Shown piece after piece: positions 1 through 13,741 of a stretch of 48,446 bases of DNA. A program made the position numbers and the translations under genes. Numbering within the stretch: position 1 is the stretch's first letter; every line of letters starts with the position of its first letter. Under the pieces are notes generated by a model. That model saw only the letters and a list, made by a program, of their open reading frames with translations. It did not search any database and was not told the DNA's origin. The DNA is from Octopus bimaculoides. Its lineage: Eukaryota. The DNA lies in assembly GCF_001194135.2 (NCBI RefSeq), contig NC_068997.1:29036579-29085024 (forward strand). Reading direction: 5' to 3'.

Positions 1-1300
1 AATCAGAATTTTCTATTCGTGTCGGTTTTTAACGATAAGTGCCCAGAATATGTTTCAGGATCAATTCCGATCAGTGAAGAACTTACTTTTACGAACTTAA
101 GCTTGATGTGAAATAACTTTTAAGTAAATTTACTTGAAAATCTTATCTTTTTCAATAAATTCTTTAAATATTGTTTGAAAATCAATCAATGTAATGAATT
201 TTCCTGAAGTTGAAGTAATACTACATTCAGGTCACGTTTTCTTATTTCTTTAACAATATCGTTCTAGAAAGTTTGTTAACTGCGGTATCAAAAGCACTAT
301 AAACATTGCTTAAGTATTTTTTTTTTTGTTTTTTTTTTTGCAGAGCCATTCGTTTTCCGTATATAAAATAAATCTTATCACAAAATTCATTTGACCAGAA
401 CAAAATTTCTCAGATAACAGGTCATATTTGCTATGAGATTTTATTTTAGAAATAGTTTTAATATGTAAAACTGAATTTTTTTGCTACAAAATTGTTGCCT
501 CTGAATAATACTGTGTATTACAATGATTCCAGGACATTTTTTCAATTTTTTTTTCAAATGTCCGAGCGCCCCTTTTGTCTTCTGACTTTTGCTGTGGCAC
601 AATCAGTTGCAATCGATATCAAATAGATTCCCCAGTAATGTCACCTTTAAATTATTCGGCAAATCATTAATATTTGTTCAGTTTACTGTCATCGTTAAAA
701 TGAAAAACGTACACCATAAATCCTTATCAATAATTCTGGATCCGTTAACCTGAATAGGGAAAATTTTTTTTCTTTCCAATCTTTCAGTTAGTTGTTCTTC
801 AATATTCAGAGACATTTTATCAATTCGTCTTCCGATTGAATCGCTATTTAATGATAAACATTTTAAGATACCTGAAGGATCTTCATACATCATCCCATTT
901 GAAATAGCAATCTCTAATATAGGCTCTGCAACCTTCTCAGTAATTTTAAGGCAATAGCTACGTATGCAACAATGCTTACAACCTCATACGTTGCAACATT
1001 GTCGTTATAGAGTTCGATATAATTTGTTTTGTTTTGCTTTCATTTTCAATATGTACAAGTTCAGTTGATGATCAATGGTAAATAGATTATTTTGAAAAGG
1101 TAAATAGTTTTATTTGCTTTATCTTTCTTTGTAAATGATCCAGAAGACTCGGAAGCTTTAAAGCATCGTTCGAAAGAATAGATAGGGTTTTTTGTAGGGA
1201 AGATGGAGAGGGCTTTCAATAAAATTAGAAGGTATTCGCTGAGATATTAGTGAACGCTTTTTCTTTGCTCCAGTTGACATGTCTAAGATGTCTTGTATGT
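1..1300 (-). mobile_element. Decayed hAT-superfamily (Charlie/Buster/ZBED5-like) transposase
   Basis: Frameshifted minus-strand peptides in the expected order: MSTGAKKKR (start-like), ATYEVVSIVA (cf. ASYEVSLLIA), SLNSDSIGRRIDKMSLNIEEQLTERL...FPIQVNGS (cf. SLSNDTVRRRI..MS.DIEEQL..F.LQLDES; ORF 678-893), IATDCATAK (cf. ICTDGAPAM). Many stops; ends not defined. Confidence 0.7.
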
Positions 1301-2805
1301 GATGTAATTTCAATAAATGAATAATTATTTATTTATTGTAATTACAAAAATGAATTGACAACAGTAAAGTTCTATAAAAATATCTGAAATTTGAAAAAGA
1401 GTCTAGTATTTGCATTTTCAGTTTTTATATAATGCCAGTTATAGAAGATGCCATTTCATTCTAATCATGAGAATCATCTTATTTTTTAATTTAAAAAAAA
1501 TTAAGAGCGTTTTTGGTAAACACTAAAGTCTACTTTTTTTTAAATTATCACGTTACCATTTTAGAAGCCTAATACATGCCCCGAAAAGTGTTTCAAACCC
1601 TTGATAAGCAATTCAAAAATAATTTAATTAAATAGTTGCCTGAATAAATTTTCAACCCCCTTCAACTTTTTTTCCACTTTCACCTCCATCGTAGAAAGAT
1701 GCAGAAACAGACTTTTTACTGATACAAACGAGATATGAAATATTACATAAATTCAAAATAATTGGTTAAGCGTAATGTTTTGAGACATCTGAAAAAAGAC
1801 AAAAAAAGGAAAACGAAAGATTTTTCACTTCACACACTTCTTTCCCTTACACGCAAAAAGAATGAAATTCAATGAGTGAAATGAGTTGTCATAAATCTAT
1901 ACGAGAATGCCAACATGTGTATCCAGCTGGCTTTTAGAAGACAGACGAACACTAAAACAGAATCGAAACAAAGAAACAGAATACATTTCATGCACTGTAG
2001 AGATATGTTTGGAGGGTGATACCAGAGGCCCTCAACTCCAAATGAAATCGTAGTGACGCAATCGAGACATGCAACGTGTTTGGGACATTTTTGTACCTGA
2101 AAGAACCCATCCATCGCCGTTCTAAACAAAACTGATTCCAGAATGAAAAAGAGACAAATAGACAAGGCAAGGCTTTACGATATTGCTGCCGTAATTAATC
2201 GTATGCTTGTGCGAGAAATTCTACATGATATGGCTATTTTATCTGTAAATATTTTTCTCTCTAGCATTATTTTATGGTTTGTAGTGTAGCACGTTGCAAT
2301 TACTTCTTATAGTAAATGCATGGTGAACCTGCGAGAGAATGTTGTGCCTGAATGGCCAATGTAAGGGTGAGGTAAAATCTGCATAGAAGGGATAGAACAG
2401 AAGCCAACACTACTTCATATCCTCAAGAGGAGACTGCGATAGTTTGGAAACGTTGATAAAAAGGAATTTAGAACTGGTCATGGTCTTCATCAATCACAGA
2501 TGAATGAACGCGAAAATGAAGTCATAGGACATTTAGGGATACAACATAAGCAACACCGGACTGAAAACTGGTGTAAACAGACTCCATCTCTCTCTCTCTC
2601 TCGTAGACACGGACACGCACACACATACACACATACACACACAGACATGCACATATATTACTGCTTAGTTCCTGTCTATCAAATTCCACTGGTATGGTAT
2701 TGGCCAATCCGAGACCACAGGAGAAGGCTCCATCCATGCTGTAGGACCGAACCTAAAAATTAATGACTGTGATGAGGACTTTTTAGCCACATTGTCACAT
2801 CCCTG

Positions 2806-2806
2806 A

Positions 2807-2837
<31 letters not shown>

Positions 2838-2840
2838 TGC

Positions 2841-2886
<46 letters not shown>

Positions 2887-2902
2887 ACGCATGCGTATGT
2901 GT
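2806..2902. repeat. Compound (GT)n/(GCGT)n microsatellite
   Basis: Directly visible; it produces the THTH/CVCV ORFs at 2665-3008. Confidence 0.95.
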
Positions 2903-3598
2903 GTGATTTACTAAGTAAAAGACTTCGTTTTAAATTACTTTTGTTGAACCAAATGTCGGAAATACTAGATCGCCTCCTGTCGTTAAATGCTTGAAACAAA
3001 TGAAACAAATAGCTGGGACCCTGTCTGAATGAATAGAATCATCTCATTAATATGTATTACGTGTAAATGTGGCTACTATAACCCATTTAAATTATTCTGG
3101 TTAGAGAAAACCTCTCTTGCTATGTCTGGTTTGGAATATGGTATTTGTCGAAACTTGTCCCAGTCGATTCTGTTCTCTTTTTTCTTTTTCTTTACTATTT
3201 TTTTCTTTTTGTTCCTCTTTTGATATTTTAATGCATGGTGTAGAAGAACAAAGCGGAGACAGTTGAGTTGAAAACAAGCAATGATGTTTGTCACATTCAT
3301 TACGTATGTAATGCATGCGATTTTCCGAATTAAATTCAGTGACATTATTTTTTATGTTAATGAACGTCTTCTAGCGAACATCAACACAACAATTCTTGTC
3401 ATCAGATATCAAAAATGATTTTTCTCAAGAACAATTCTTGTCATTTGATATTAAATGTGACTTTTCTCACGGAAAAGATGCATAGCTGTTGAAGTCTGTC
3501 ATTTTTGTGTAACTGATTCCTGGCTTAACACTATACTCTTTTGTTTTGAGCACTGAACAATAACATAGCGATCAGACAAAATTTTAACATTATATTAT

Positions 3599-3836
3599 TA
3601 CGACAGGGTATTCAAAAAGTCTCTCAGCAGTAATTTTTTTTTTTTTTTTTTTTTTTGCAAAATAAATATTTATAAGATAGTTTAAGACTACAAAAGAATA
3701 TATTAGAATTTACAAGACTTTAAAAAAACTTTACAAGCGGTGTTGAAAGTGTCTTTCATTTTCAATACATAAGTTGACTCTTCTGCACATGTTTTGAAAT
3801 ACATTCACTGCGGAGAGATTTTTTGAACAGGGTGTA
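3599..3836. mobile_element. Tc1/mariner-type MITE (about 240 bp)
   Basis: Left end TACGACAGGGTATTCAAAAAGTCTCTCAGCAGT and reverse complement of right end TACACCCTGTTCAAAAAATCTCTCCGCAGT share about 20 bp; TA at both ends; outermost bases diverge. Confidence 0.5.
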
Positions 3837-3914
3837 TATTAATGCCTCTTGTGGAGTCTAGAATCATATTTAAATGATTTTGGTTTACTGTTCTTTGAAA
3901 TGTTTTTAATATCA

Positions 3915-4217
3915 TCTATATATATAAAAATGAGAATGTGTGTCTGTCTGTCTGTCTGTNNNNNNNNNNNNNNNNNNNNNNNNNNNNNNNNNNNNNNNNN
4001 NNNNNNNNNNNNNNNNNNNNNNTTATTCAAATTTTACACATGCCTTACTTAGGGTTCCAGTTGTGTTTTAGTAAAAAAAAATTTTAACTTCTTGCAGAGT
4101 TCGAGCCCACGGCAACATAATATCTCCTCCACTATTTAAGTATTACGTGTCAAAAGTGAAACAAAAACACTCATGTCAAATACTTTCACTTTAAAAATGA
4201 AGCTATTCTACTAACTG
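3915..4217 (+). mobile_element. Non-autonomous Helitron, 5' portion (contains N gap)
   Basis: A|TCTATATATATAAAAATGAGAATGTGTGTCTGTCTG start; near-identical reverse complement of 19968-20244; no 3' CTAG/hairpin seen. Confidence 0.75.
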
Positions 4218-4869
4218 TCCAGCAGCATGGTGAAGAAAAGAGAATTGTACGAGTTCAAACGCTATTATGTCTTCACATTTACAAAAGAGATGGGCTAAAA
4301 AATTTTCACTAATATTACGATGGAATAATGTTTGTCGATGTGAGAATCACTTCTTTAGGGTGCAGGAACGGATGGCTTTTGCTAAGTTTCTGCGAACTCC
4401 ATAAATAACATGTTACCGAGTCAAAGACGGAGCCTCCACGCGGTCGTTAGATGTCTTTAAATGTCTGTCTTCCTCTGTGTGTACGAGCGCGCGTGTATTT
4501 GTAAATATGTGTTTGAATGAAGCTGGTGTTACCCTCCGCCGCTGCTCACTTCTTACTCAATACGTTTTTCCTGATGACGATGAACAGGCATGGTGGATTT
4601 AGACATATCGCAAATCAAACATAATGGAATACATTAATTTCATTGGTTACATTCAATCATGTGATATCATCCCTGACGTTGTTGTTTGTTTGTTTTTTGT
4701 TTGTTTCTTTTTGTTTTTTCTTATGCATGGGTGATTACCGATTGAATATAATCAATAGACTATACAAAGAACTACTGGAAACATCCCCAAATTACCGGAA
4801 AACTTGTCTTTCCACAGGAATAAGGTAAGTGATCCTTCTTACCAAACAACGCTTTGCTCAGAATAAGCA

Positions 4870-5400
4870 GTCTGAATGAACGTGAACTTGGGTCGCCTGG
4901 GTAGCCTACAACCTCAGATCACGAGATATAAATGTGGTGGCCATCAGTGAAACCGAGCCACAAGCATTCACGCCCATCTTTGGTAGCTACGAAGTGTACG
5001 CATCTAAAAGTCTACCGGAGACGGGAGGCAGAGGAGATGTTTGGGAGAAGACTAGATCTTATGATACGGACCATCTTTCTGGAGACAGAAGGCAAGTCGA
5101 TGGTGATGGATGTAATCAGCAGCGGAGACCATACCTTCAGACTTGTAGCCGTCAATATCCCGATGAGGACAAATTTTCTTAGACATCCCATCCTTTACTG
5201 CAAGTGGATGCATGTGTCGGGGTATCTAATAGGAAAGGAGGTGCAAAAGCCTAGAAAACCTATTCGAACGTTTTCAAGTAACAGGTGCCGACTGGATTTC
5301 CGGAATGTTCCAGTGTGTTCGTAGACAAAGTGCATCTGGTCAACCAGAGCGTATTTTTTCTTAAGTATTATGTCGGGTAGTAGATACGGATTGCATAAGT
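4870..5400 (+). mobile_element. Degenerate LINE apurinic-like endonuclease fragment (L1/Tx1-like)
   Basis: Across frames: NVN, LRSRDINVVAISET (APE motif xDIxxxxET), GRG.V, FLETEGKSMVMDVISSG..FRLVAVNIP (cf. D..GR......RL..VYAP); frameshifted. Confidence 0.6.
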
Positions 5401-5548
5401 CGTTCACAGTTTATGATACTTCGACAAATATACCCGGATATTAAATGGATGTTTCTTCTCTTTTTTTTTTTTTTTTTTTTTTTTTGATACTTTAGTTGAG
5501 AACAAGAAAGTGACACTTGTTCTTATACTTCAAATTTAGTGTGTGTGT

Positions 5549-5950
5549 ATTCTTTTCTACTCTAGACACAAGGCCCGAAGTTTTGAGGGAGGGGGTCAGT
5601 CGATTAGATCGATCCCAGTATGCAACTGGTACTTAATTTATCGACCCCGAAAGGATGAAAAGCAAAGTCGACCTCGGCGGAATTTGAACTCAAAACGTAA
5701 AGACAGACGAAATACCGCTAAACATTTCGCCCGGCATGCTAACGTTTCTGCTAGCTCGCCGATTTAAATATACTTTTCTTCACTAGGCACAAGGCCCGAA
5801 ATTTTGAAGGAGGGGCCAGTCGATTAGATCGATCTCAGTACGCAACTGGTACTTAATTTATTGATCTTGGTGGGATTTTAACTCAGAACAAAGACAGACA
5901 GACAGCCATTCAGAATTTTGTCGTGTGCTAATGATTCTACCAGCTCACCA
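5549..5950 (-). mobile_element. Two tandem copies of tRNA-derived SINE family A
   Basis: Repeated GGCACAAGGCCCGAA...ATCGACCCCGAAAGGATGAAAGGCAAAGTCGACCTCGGCGGAATTTGAACTC...CTCGCC. Further copies near 6260-6390, 22735-22935, 24725-24915, 25455-25595, 30650-30890 (+), 34745-34945 and 34995-35190. Confidence 0.85.
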
Positions 5951-6730
5951 CACTATATATATATATATATATTCATTCTTTTACTTATTTCGGTTATTTG
6001 ACTGTGGCCATGTTGGAGCACTGACTTTAGGAGAACAAGCCAACCCCAGAACTTATTTTTTTATAAGCCTAGTACTTATTCTATGAGTCTCTTTTGAGGA
6101 ATGCTAAGTTATGAAGATGTAAACATACCAACATCGGTTGTCAAGTGATGGTGGAGGGGGAGCAAACACAGACACACACACACATATATATATATACATG
6201 ACAGGCTCCTTTCAGTTTCCATCTACCAAATCGGCTCACAAAGCTTTGGTAGAGGATACTTTAGATCACCCCGAAAGGATAAAAGGCAACGTCGACCTCG
6301 GCAGAATTTGGACTCGGAATGTAAAAACAGACGAAATACCTCTAAGCATTTCGCCCAGCGTGCTAACGTTTCTGCCAGCTCGCCGCCTTAGGAAGCAGAA
6401 AAATATTACAAGCAAAAAGAAAGAGGTTAGGAACAAATTTTGTATGAATATTTTTTCTGGTAAACAAAAGATACTACAAATATAATAATAGTCTTGGCTG
6501 ACGAAAATGGGGGAACTAAATAAAAGAGAGGCCCTTATGATGGCAGCACAAAGCAAATGACTTGAAAAAAATTAAAGAAACAAAAGGGGCAGAAGCCAGG
6601 AAGATACTAGATGTCAGATGAGTGGTAAATTAGACAAAAGAGTCAGTCATTTACTATGAGAATGTAGCAAGATGACAAATATATACAAAAGATGACATGA
6701 CAGAGTAGACTTAAAAATATGGATTCGAAT

Positions 6731-6890
6731 CATCATCATCATCATCATCGTTTAACGTCCGCTTTCCATGCTAGCATGGGTTGGACGATTTGACTGAGGA
6801 CTGGTGAAACCGGATGGCAACACCATGCTCCAGTCTGATTTGGCAGAGTTTCTACAGCTGGATGCCCTTCCTAACGCCAACCACTCAGAA
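6731..6890 (-). mobile_element. SINE family B / RTE-type 3' tail ending in (GAT)n
   Basis: (CAT)nCGTTTAACGTCCGCTTTCCATGCTAGCATGGGTTGGACG...GGATGCCCTTCCTAACGCCAACCACTC; at least ten related copies in the window. Confidence 0.9.
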
Positions 6891-9557
6891 TGAGATTTAA
6901 AAACTTGTCTAATCATTAGTTAAAAACCAGTATTTAAAAATAACTGTTATATGATTCTGTGAGACTTTTCTGACCAAAAGGAACACGTGATAGAAGTACG
7001 GAAACCAGATATGATCACATTAGACAAAAAGGGAAAATATGAATGGTCACAGATTCTGCTACAGCCTAGTAAAATCTGTGAAAATAGAATCAAAACAAAA
7101 GCAAAAAAGATTAAAATGTCACGTTAAAACCAAGATGCCATGCAGTGGGACTGAACCCAGAAATATGTGGTCGGGAAGCAAGCCTCCTTAGCACACAGCT
7201 ACACCTGCGCCTAAAATAATAATAATACGCCTGTGTATCTATATTAATTTTCCGTCTGCAACTTTCAAATATAATGAAATGCTATGCACACACACACACA
7301 CTCTCTCTTACTTTTTCACTCTCTGTCTCTCATTTTACCTTTTCATCTTTAATTTCTCTTTTTTCAATCTTAATCTCGAGCATTTCAATATATTTTAATA
7401 TATATTTAATATAAAAGTTACAGAAATTAATATTCAAATATATTAGCATGTTAATATCCTATCTAAGTGCAAGGTCTATCAATATCCTGTCACACAATGC
7501 TCAGTAAAAGCAGTAAACAGACTTTAGTAGTATGTAGGCTCTTTAACAATTAAACAGTCAGTAGTAAATTCCTGATCATTTTAGCTGGGCAACCAGAGAG
7601 GAAGACAGACCAGAAAGACACACCAACAGAGGTGCTCTAAGTATAAAGACTATGTGTGTATGTATGTGTGTGTGTATGTATATGTGTATGCATATATATA
7701 CAAACACACACACACATGTACACATACACACATACAAGTACACACACACACACATATATATCATCATCATCATCATATATATATATATATATATAGTTGA
7801 AATTCATAGAAAAACAAACGACATAGACAGGTGTATGAACAACAAGCAGGTGTATTAGTTTGACACTCTGGGAAGTGAAAAAGTCTTTTATGTTTCGAGC
7901 CTATGCTCTTCATCAGAAAGGAATAAGAGAAAATAAACAGAGAGAGGATGAAAAAAAACTTGTAGATTTCAGCAGTTCCTGGTTTTAACCCTTTAGCATT
8001 TAAACTGGTTATATCATGTCCAAATATTCTGTTTTATATTGAAACTACGTGAGTTTGGCTTCTTACACCTACCCTACAATGTCATTCTAAAACTAAACAA
8101 TCACATCATCCAAATCCTGAAGTTACAAGATAATGCAAGATTAATTGAAAACAATGTGAATAAATGAGGATTAAATTTGACAAGAGTAATCTGAATGCCA
8201 AAAGAATAAAATAAGTACCAGTTGATTACTGGGGTCAATGTAATCAACTTACGCCCTTCCCCCAAAATTACTGGCCTTGTGCCAAAATTTGAAACCATTA
8301 TTATTATTATTATTAATAAACTCTTGATGATGAAGAGGCAAGTTTGTAGGAAGCAAATGTATTCCCTCCAGACCTTATAATAACTACAGTTAGGTTCCAT
8401 AGAGTGAAGACCATTATTTTATACTGGAATATGAAGTCATCACAATTGATAATTAGCAACAATGACTTAATTTAACCCTTTCGTTACTATATTTCTGCTT
8501 AAGTACATTGTTATTTATTCTTTTTTTTTTTTACTTGTTTCAGTTATTTGACTGTGGCCATGCTGCAGCAGCACCTTTAGTCAAACAAATCGACCTCAGG
8601 ACTTATTCTTTGTAAGCCTAGTACTTATTCTATCAGTCTCTTTTACCGAACTGCTAAGTTAAGATGTAAACACACTGTTGTGGCAATAGAAGAATGGACA
8701 AGCTGAACTCTTATAAAGAGTGGTGGTCGGTAGTAGTCGGAGGGAGCATTTTGGTAGTTTCACAAAGTACATCGTGTGAACACATTGAACACTCAGAAGA
8801 AGGTTTAATATAAAGTAAAGAAACAAAAGAACATAAAAGTGCACAAAATTTTGGTTGTAATCTTGAAGAAACAAAAAAAATCCTGGAAATGAATTTACCA
8901 GTAAATTAGAATAATAACTAATACAACAAAATAAAAGACAATTGTTCTTTTAATGCTTTTTTTTCTCTATAAATGTATTTATAAACAACTTCTGCAGATT
9001 TTGGGGTAACAAAGAGAAATCCAACGGGCTCCTTTATCATTCAATACAATCATAAATTACCCTGTTGTATTGACCCAAAAGTGAATTCAGTAACGTCAAA
9101 ATATCAAAATTGAAAACAAAAAAAAATATTTTATGAAACTGTTAAAAGATAACTAAATGTCCTTAAAATAAATTATGCAAGGGTTTGTTAGTTATAAAAA
9201 ACAGAAATGATTTCTATTTCTTTTCCAAATTCAACTAACAATCCTAAACTCTCCTCAGACCCCAATCTTGGAGTTCACAGATTTACAAGAGAAACTCACT
9301 TCTCAGCAGTTTAAAATGGAACTCACTAAAAGACCTGTTGTCTCAATGAATGCAGATTTAACAGCATCCACCAACTGACGTATCTACAAGCGTAGATCTT
9401 ATCCTCTGTCCAACATTTATAAGAGAAAACCTGGATTCAGTTAATTCTTTGTGACAGAACTAGAAACAACCTACAGGTCTATTTTCAAATACAGACTATC
9501 TCAACAAAAAAATCAACAGCTAAACAAGTAAGTCTGCTGGTTCAAACTCCAGTTATT

Positions 9558-9705
9558 TCACTTGTAATACGTTGCTTGAATATTATTACAGAATTCAACC
9601 AAATTGTCATATTTCTGAATGACCAGAGCAAATTGATCAACAGGTAAGTTTGTGGTGAGTAGAGTAAAGAGGTGGCCAAACACCAGAGCATCCAGTTCTG
9701 TTGGT
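9558..9705 (-). CDS. MTX2: Metaxin-2 exon 9 (terminal): (K)PTELDALVFGHLFTLLTTNLPVDQFALVIQKYDNLVEFCNNIQATYYK*
   Basis: ttgcag acceptor at 9707-9706, phase 2; PTELDALVFGHL is the hallmark metaxin C-terminal motif; TGA at 9560-9558. Confidence 0.97.
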
Positions 9706-11319
9706 CTGCAAAGAGAAAAACAGAGAAAAAAAACAAAATTATTAAAAGTGATCCAACATTAAAATTTCATGTCTTAATTGAGGTCATGCTGAGGCAACTG
9801 CCTTGAAGAGTTTGTAGTAGAACAGTACCTATTTCTTTTTTTTTTTTTGTAAGTCTGATATTTATTCTATTGGTCTCTTTTGCTAAATTGCTAAGTTATG
9901 AGGATGTAAACAATCCAACACCCTTCAAGCAATTGGAGGGAGACAAACACAAAAACCTACATACATTGTCAACATCATTTAATGTCCACTTTCCATGCTG
10001 GCATGGGTTGGACGGTGTGACAGGAGCTGCACCAGGCTCCATTTGTCTGTTTTGGCTTGGTTTCTATGACTGGATACCCTTCCTAATGCCAACTATTTAT
10101 TTTTAGAATGACAGTGTCGGGTAGGTGTGAGAGACCAGATCTGACCAGTTTGAACATAATACAGACTACTTAGGCCAGATATGACCAGTTCAAGCTCTAA
10201 AGAATTAAATGAATCCCCAGAAAGAATCAGTATGACATTGTGCCAAAGTCAACCTTTTGCATTACAATGCTTCCAATGTCCTAATAAACACTGTCTGTCC
10301 AGTTTCACTCATAAGGTTTGGGTCAAACTGCAGTTAGAAGAGAAGGCACTTGCCCAAAGTGCTCTGTGCAGTGGAATCAAACCTTGTCCTTAATCATTGC
10401 AAAGAAAACTTCTTAACCGTTTTACTGTGTCTCTTCAACACCCAAAGCATTATGTTTGACAGAATATTCTCAATCTGAATGTTCAAGGGTTAAAATTTTT
10501 AGCAACCCAGGTATTTCTTGAGTTACAACATAAAACAATGTTTTTTTTCTTTTCTCTTGGCCATAGTTGCTGTTCTCAGCACATCACTTGTTAGTTCTCT
10601 TATCTGCCATAACAAAGAATTAGTAATTGCTGTCGACTAGCAGCAAAAGTACAGCATAGCACAAGACTAAAACCACAGTTTCACCTTTAATAGATATGAT
10701 GAGTAGATAAGAAAACTCTGAGAAAATATTTCACAAAATAGTGTCAGTGCAGGTGCATGCTGAGGAAAACGTTGGACAGTCGGGGGTTAGAATGTTAAAA
10801 CTGACCTCAGAAAAGAAATGACATTCTCAAAGGAATTGGAAGAGAAGAGAACAATTAAAGAAAAACAGACAAAAATGTTGTAAAACGACATAACAGGTAA
10901 CACAGTTGATGTTGGAGATTGTCTCCCCACCACCACCACCACCACCACTCCCACTATAAGCAGTGTATACATGTCCTCCTCTTCCATTCTGTCATATGGC
11001 TCCAGGGCAATATATATATACACACACACACATACTGTCATTCATGATGCTTGGCTTCTACTGGTATTATTATTGTACACGTTGATGTGACAACTAATTA
11101 ATTATATAGCCAGTTCTGGGTTAATTTACAATAGTAATAAATACCAGTTGATAAACATGGTGTCAGTGTCTAAAATAATGAGGGAAAAATGTACTTTAAA
11201 TAATTAAACACCTGAACATCCAAGCCATTGCTTTGAAACAAACTGGAAACTTTAGATTATGCTTTCAATCATAAATGGGATCGTTATCTATCTTTTTCAC
11301 TAATTATGTGTGTGCGTGT

Positions 11320-11645
11320 GCAGGCATGTTTGTGTGGTTTAGTGGTTAGGGAATTCAGTTCACGATCGTAAGGTCGTGAGTTCAAATCCTGGCAGTGCGT
11401 TATGACCTTGAGCAAGACATTTTATTTCATGTTCTTCCAATCCATCCAACTGACAAAAAGGAGAGTTGTACCAGTAATTCAAAGGGGTCAGCCTTGTCAC
11501 ACTCTGTGTCACGCTGAATCTTCCTGAGAACTACATTAAGGGTAGACATTGTGCATTAATTTCACTTGTGCATTAATTTCACAAGCATGCAGTTCCATTG
11601 ATTGGACCAACTGGAACCCTCACACCATAACCAACAGAATGCCAG
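11320..11645 (+). mobile_element. tRNA-derived SINE (separate family)
   Basis: A-box-like TGGTTTAGTGG and B-box GAGTTCAAATCC followed by CCTTGAGCAAGACA. Confidence 0.6.
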
Positions 11646-12339
11646 AGTGGGGGGGGGGTAGATGCAGGCATGGCTGTGTAGTTAAAAAATCTGCTTCACA
11701 AGCACACTGTTTCAGGTTCAATCCCACAGTGCAGCAACTTTGACAAGTGCCTTCGACTGTAGCCCCAAAATGACCAATGCCTTATGAAAGAATTTGGTAA
11801 ATGGAAACTATACAAAGCCCATCATGTACTTGTGTGTGTGTGTGTATGCAATTATGCATGTGCATGTATGCACATTGTGTTGTGTGTGCGCAGAATGAGT
11901 TACAAGCATAGACAGGGTACTTTTAGGGCATTGTTTTTGTTGTAAGGAGTGAGAAGAGCAAATCCCCAATCACTTTGGTCCCCTTCTTCCATTCTTGATA
12001 TGATCAACAAAGATAACAGCACAGATCGCTTTCTTCCTTCAGTTTGTGATGCAAAGGCTCAGTACTTTTACAGCCCCACCTCCACCACCACCACCACCAC
12101 CACCATTTCTAGTGTCATCTGTTTAAGACCAATGCAACAGCATTTTCATATGGCCTTACAAGCAATATTATTTTGTAATATATACGCATCTCATTACCTA
12201 AATAAGTTGTTGGAATGTAACATTACTTTTTAAGATTTTAAATGTAGAAATATTCAATAAAATAACTTGATTGAAGTTACAGGGATAGGAATCTATATTA
12301 CTTCTGAAAGTATGGTTGCTGGAATAAAACCAAGATGAT

Positions 12340-12835
12340 GGATGTTCAGAGAGCTGTTACTTCTTATAATAACAAAAGGTCTGTGTCTGTTAGACTGAAG
12401 GCAGACTGTATGATGCTTGTGTGCAAACAGTAAAGTTACAAGGTAGGGAGATGTGGGCCCTGAATGCAGAGGACTTGTGAAGGCTAGAGAGGAATAAAGC
12501 CAGTATGGTCCACTGGATGTGCAACATCGGTATGCATTTATGATAAAGTGCACATTTATTGAGAGGAAAACTGAGCACAAGAGTCATCAAATGTGGTGTG
12601 CAAAAGAGAAGATTACACTGAGATGGTCATGTGGAGCATCTAGACGAGAAGAGTTGTATCAAGAAATGCCAACTGCTAAATGTGGATGGAATTTGTGGAA
12701 GAGTGAAAGCCAACAAGACAAGGAATGATGTAGCACAAGCTGATCCCAAAATGTTGTGTCTCATGGAGGAGATGCCAAAGGACCAAGATGATTGATGAGT
12801 TGATGTGCTCAAGACCCAATCATCACAGCAAAAGT
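12340..12835 (+). mobile_element. RTE-clade LINE 3' fragment (decayed)
   Basis: Frameshifted peptides TKGLCL...RLYDACV..V.L.G.EMWAL..ED..RLERN.ASM..WMC and RRL..GHVE.L.E.SC.KKC, typical of the RTE ORF C-terminus; a similar remnant lies on the minus strand near 18240-18500. Confidence 0.7.
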
Positions 12836-13211
12836 GAGGTCTTAAATCATTATGTCTATACACCCACTGGAGGCCCTCTCCTGCACCCAATTTATCCCCA
12901 TCAATCCTTCCCCACTTTGCATCCTCCTAACCAAGGCACTATTAAACTACTGTATTCATATGAGAACAGAATCTGCACATATTTCATCCCCTTTTTTTTT
13001 TTTTGTACCTTTCTTCTCCCTGAAACCACTTCTCTCAACATCCTCCCTTCCCACTTTATTTCCAGTGAATCACCCCTTCCTGTGCCTTGTATCTATGGCC
13101 AGCTTTAACTGCTTGACTACTAAGCCTCTTGATGCACCAACGAAGTGAAGAGTATCTGCTAATCACACAACAAAAAAAATGAAAAGCAATAACTGAAACA
13201 GGGATATTTAC

Positions 13212-13288
13212 TTGTCTCCAAAAAAGTATGTTTGATTTCCAAGTCTTTCAGACAAAACCTGACAACAAGTCTTTATCTGTTCGCACAC
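13212..13288 (-). CDS. MTX2: Metaxin-2 exon 8: VCEQIKTCCQVLSERLGNQTYFFGD(K)
   Basis: ttgcag / gtaaat boundaries, 77 nt, phase 0 to 2; matches the metaxin CCQALSQRLG.Q.YFF motif. Confidence 0.97.
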
Positions 13289-13615
13289 CTGCAATAAAAA
13301 AATGTGATAAATATATTTTATTAAATGAAATATGAAATATTTATTTTGTGATACATAAAACACTATATATCGTAATATAACACAAACATGTTTGCACATT
13401 TGTCAATCTCCCATTTTTAAATATAGAATTAGAGAAAATACAAAAAAAAAAAAAAAACAGTATAATTTTTTTTAATTGATACTAATAAAAAGAACTAATC
13501 ATACTAATGCATAAATTTATCATTAATTATTTCTGCATTTAATGAGAAACTTCAAAACTAACAGACAAACCAATTATGGAAAATGAAATGCAGAAATGAA
13601 AACTGTTCTACTTAC

Positions 13616-13741
13616 CTCCTCAAAGGATTTGTTAAACCAACCAATGCTAGTTAACCGATTTTTAATCTCTGTGAACTTTTTCAAAGGTAATATCATATTA
13701 AGGGGCCAAGGATAACAAGCTCCATAACGAGGTTTAGTAAT
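13616..13741 (-). CDS. MTX2: Metaxin-2 exon 7: ITKPRYGACYPWPLNMILPLKKFTEIKNRLTSIGWFNKSFEE
   Basis: ttcag / gtaagt, 126 nt, phase 0-0; RYG..YPWPLN motif. Confidence 0.97.

Noticed and set aside
1869-2170. Acceptor-like ttctttcag followed by open frames of 60-98 aa
   Set aside because: No recognisable motif in any frame, no matching donor or partner exon.
2500-3008. ORFs with THTH/CVCV runs (also 7576-7858)
   Set aside because: Translations of dinucleotide microsatellites.
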